Positions 58,069 through 60,040 of a stretch of 60,040 bases of DNA are shown here, piece after piece; the first letter of the stretch is position 1; every line of letters begins with the position of its first letter. The notes below the pieces were generated by a model, which saw nothing but the letters and a program-made list of their open reading frames with translations, had not been told where the DNA came from and ran no database searches. Source of the DNA: Clostridiales bacterium (lineage in GTDB: Bacteria > Bacillota > Clostridia > Oscillospirales > Oscillospiraceae). The position numbers and the translations under genes were made by a program. The DNA lies in assembly GCA_003522945.1 (NCBI GenBank), contig DPHR01000168.1:1224-61263 (forward strand), in the 5' to 3' direction.

Positions 58069-58583
58069 TCATTTTCTCCTTTGCGCTGCCGGTGGCGGCG
58101 GTATACACGGATGATGAAGAGGACGACCATAAACGCGGCGATCGCAAAACAGACCATCGAGAACACCGCGACGAAGTTCCACTCGCCGCGGAAGAAACCG
58201 ATATCCGCGCACCGAACGTCCAGGGTAACACACCAGATGACAACGACACAGCAGAACACGCCGAGCATCAGAATGACGGTGCGGAGATATTCGATATCCC
58301 GGACGGCGGATTCATACCGCGACTTCCAGTGGGAGGCGTCCTGCCGGGCAAGCTCCGTTTCCGCGCGGCCGCTCGGGGAGAGGATGCCGAAGGTTTCATC
58401 GAGCGAGACGTGCAGCTCCCGGGAGATGCGCACGACCGTATCAATGCTGGGGTTCGTGGATTTCGGGGAAAAGGCGTACTCCACGGTGCTCGGCGACAGA
58501 TCGGCGGCTTCGGCAATGTCCGGGAAGGTGCGTGTGCCCTTGGCCTCCCGCCAGCGGTTTTTCAGCACGTCCATTTCGTTCAT
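58065..58583 (-). CDS. XRE-family HTH regulator with two C-terminal transmembrane helices
   Basis: ATG 58583 after a GGACGGAG RBS. HTH segment FPDIAEAADLSPSTVEYAF...IDTVVRISRELHVSLDETF. Hydrophobic segments VILMLGVFCCVVVIWCV and FVAVFSMVCFAIAAFMVVLFII. The stop overlaps the integrase ATG (ATGA). The rest of the 631-aa track ORF was rejected. Confidence 0.72.
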   Translation of the reverse strand: MNEMDVLKNRWREAKGTRTFPDIAEAADLSPSTVEYAFSPKSTNPSIDTVVRISRELHVSLDETFGILSPSGRAETELARQDASHWKSRYESAVRDIEYLRTVILMLGVFCCVVVIWCVTLDVRCADIGFFRGEWNFVAVFSMVCFAIAAFMVVLFIIRVYRRHRQRKGENE

Positions 58584-58797
58584 GTTCTCCGTCCTTTCGT
58601 TATTTTCGGGGTGAACCGGGATATATTCGTGTCGAAAAAGCTGAACTCCGGCTCGCCCGCAAAGCGTTCGGTTTCGGATCTTGCGTCGGTCTGTTACGAT
58701 GCAGTAACAGCAGGGCGAGCGGGACGCCCTGCGGCAGACGTCCGGGGCGGGTCTGTGGCACGGCTCCCCCGGGCGTTCGCCTACACTTTGCGGCTTC

Positions 58798-59421
58798 TTG
58801 CCGTGCCGGAGGAGGAGCGGGAGGACTTCGCCCGCGAGGTGGACGCCCGAGCACATTTCGGCCCGCGATCTGGAGGAGGCGATCCGCGAGCGAGACGAGG
58901 CGCGAAAGCATCTCGAGACGGCGGACAGGGAGCTCGGAGAGGCGCAGAAGGCGCTCCGGGACACCGAGGCCGAGCTTGCCGAGACGAAGGACGCGGCGCA
59001 GAAGATGGAGGCGATGCTGCGCGAGGCGGAGAGCCGCCCGGTGGAGGTAGCCGTCGACGAGACGGCGGTGCAGAGGGCCGTGGAGGAGGCGAAGGCCGCC
59101 GCCGCGGAGGAAAAGAAAAAGGCCGTGGCGGAGCTCGAAAAGAAGCTGAAGGACGCGGAGAGCGCCGCGAGGGACGCCGGAAAGAGCGCGGGCGCGGCGG
59201 CGGAAAAGGCACGGGCGGAGGCCGAGGAGCTGCGGAAACGGCTTGCGGCTGCGCAGAGCGGGGCAAACGAGGTGATTTTGCTCGTGAAGCTCGCGCAGGA
59301 GAACTTCAATCTGGCTGTGGAAAAGCTGCAAGTGATGAAGAGCACGGACGGCGAGACGGCGGACAAGCTGCTCGCGGGGACGAGGAAGATTTTGGAAACG
59401 CTGATCGGGAGGTGCGGATAA
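58798..59421 (+). CDS. charged coiled-coil protein; start undefined and reading frame possibly disrupted near 58846
   Basis: E/A/K/R-rich heptad-like sequence runs from HISARDLEEAIRERDEARKHLE onward. No ATG or SD sequence is present. Protein-like sequence LLAVPEEEREDFAREVDA continues upstream in the -1 frame. Confidence 0.5.
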   Translation: MPCRRRSGRTSPARWTPEHISARDLEEAIRERDEARKHLETADRELGEAQKALRDTEAELAETKDAAQKMEAMLREAESRPVEVAVDETAVQRAVEEAKAAAAEEKKKAVAELEKKLKDAESAARDAGKSAGAAAEKARAEAEELRKRLAAAQSGANEVILLVKLAQENFNLAVEKLQVMKSTDGETADKLLAGTRKILETLIGRCG

Positions 59422-60005
59422 TGGCGTTTGATGATGCGGCGCTGGAGCGGGCGCTGCGGGCGGAGACGAAGCACGGGCTGACGCTCTACTGCAACGGGGA
59501 GACGCTCACGGCGCTCGGATATAAGTGGATGGCGGTCGTGCCGATGGACGGCCTGCGGGAACGGTTGCGCGGGACGCTTGGCGCGCTGGTGGAGATGCTC
59601 GGCTACATCCCGGAGAACGACACGGTGCGGATCGTGCGCAACAAGGGCGGCTATCTCGTACAGCCGGAGTTGCCGGAGACGGTCGGCGAGGAGATCAACG
59701 GATATGCCGGAGAAACATACACCGAGGAGATCTGTCCGACCGGGCTGCGGATGGGGCCGAACTTCCTGATGCAGAAAAGAAACGGCGAGATCGTCGCCGT
59801 GGTGCCGCGCGGGGCAAATCTGGACGTGCACCGGTATGCGATCACGCCGGGCGGGATCGTCCAGCAGGAGGACGGCGACACCGGCGAACGGCTGTACCGC
59901 CGCGGCTATCGCCCGCGAGAGGACACGGACAGCGAGGCGACGCTCGGGAAGCGGCGGCATCTGGAGGTGATGAGCTGGTGCGATTGGGACGCGCCGGAGG
60001 AATAA
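59421..60005 (+). CDS. hypothetical protein (mobile-element cargo)
   Basis: ATG 59421 overlaps the preceding stop (TAATG); 194 aa; composition looks like real protein, unlike the Arg/Gly-rich shadow frames; no family recognised. Confidence 0.55.
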   Translation: MAFDDAALERALRAETKHGLTLYCNGETLTALGYKWMAVVPMDGLRERLRGTLGALVEMLGYIPENDTVRIVRNKGGYLVQPELPETVGEEINGYAGETYTEEICPTGLRMGPNFLMQKRNGEIVAVVPRGANLDVHRYAITPGGIVQQEDGDTGERLYRRGYRPREDTDSEATLGKRRHLEVMSWCDWDAPEE

Positions 60006-60020
60006 ACGGACAACAAAAAG

Positions 60021-60040
60021 CCCGCCGGGAGACCGGCGGG
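60021..60040 (+). terminator. possible terminator stem, truncated by the window end
   Basis: CCCGCCGG-GAGA-CCGGCGGG preceded by an A-run; the T-tract, if present, lies outside the window. Confidence 0.4.

Larger units (their letters stand above)
56852..60040. mobile_element. left end of an integrated element (prophage or integrative element) inserted next to the tRNA-Gly 3' end; continues beyond the window
   Basis: A tyrosine integrase sits directly adjacent to the tRNA 3' end. An XRE-type regulator is coupled to it, followed by a divergent module of hypothetical, phage/ICE-like genes. The gene context changes abruptly from sporulation and housekeeping genes. Confidence 0.7.

Noticed and set aside
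58065-60005. Two mutually antisense giant ORFs: 58065..59960(-) of 631 aa and 58092..60005(+) of 637 aa.
   Set aside because: Only the 3' 172 codons of the minus ORF (XRE-TM protein) and the last 194 codons of the plus ORF (59421..60005) look like protein. The rest is Arg/Gly/Ala-rich shadow sequence over the coiled-coil gene and the XRE gene.

Overview
Visibly GC-rich chromosomal segment (GC not computed) from a spore-forming Firmicute with Clostridia-like gene order, holding about 60 genes. 1-23 kb is a dense, co-directional housekeeping string: topA (5' truncated by the window edge), trmFO, plsX, acpP, rnc, a radical-SAM gene, smc, ftsY, rdgB, yhbY, a fused nadD-yqeK, an LCP gene, rsfS, leuS, a small lipoprotein, RNase P RNA (minus strand), murD, a ynbB-like gene, yunB and ligA. 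23-31.3 kb is an accessory cell-envelope block. It holds a SAM methyltransferase, an MMPL transporter translationally coupled to an 882-aa GLUG-repeat membrane-anchored protein, a DUF1622 protein, and a secreted protein with six 29-aa repeats. This block ends at the 3' end of tRNA-Leu(UAG). 31.5-37 kb carries spoIIIAA-AH, interrupted after spoIIIAB by a Cof-type HAD gene, a terminator and a sigma-E-like promoter. 37-44 kb carries an alpha/beta SASP, then a PadR regulator divergent from an uncharacterised cluster: a URO-D/MtaA-like enzyme fused to a thioredoxin-like domain, a Cys-rich protein, a NitT/TauT-type ABC importer and a COG0523 GTPase. 44-52 kb (minus strand) carries a CofE-like gene, xpt, a guanine-class purine riboswitch, and a BMP-family ABC transporter operon that ends in a HAD phosphatase. 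52-56.7 kb carries a beta-propeller lipoprotein, spoIIAA-spoIIAB-sigF, and a convergent M23 peptidase plus minimal M50 site-2 protease. At 56.8 kb, tRNA-Gly(CCC) is followed by a tyrosine integrase, a membrane-anchored XRE regulator and divergent hypothetical genes. This is the left end of an integrated mobile element that runs out of the window. I found no CRISPR array, no rRNA and no recognisable known defence system. I cannot point to an unambiguous novel system. The best candidates are the 37.3-43.9 kb metal/thiol-flavoured cluster, the MMPL-GLUG pair, the split spoIIIA locus and the truncated mobile element. Many long ORFs in the supplied track are antisense or out-of-frame shadows typical of GC-rich DNA.
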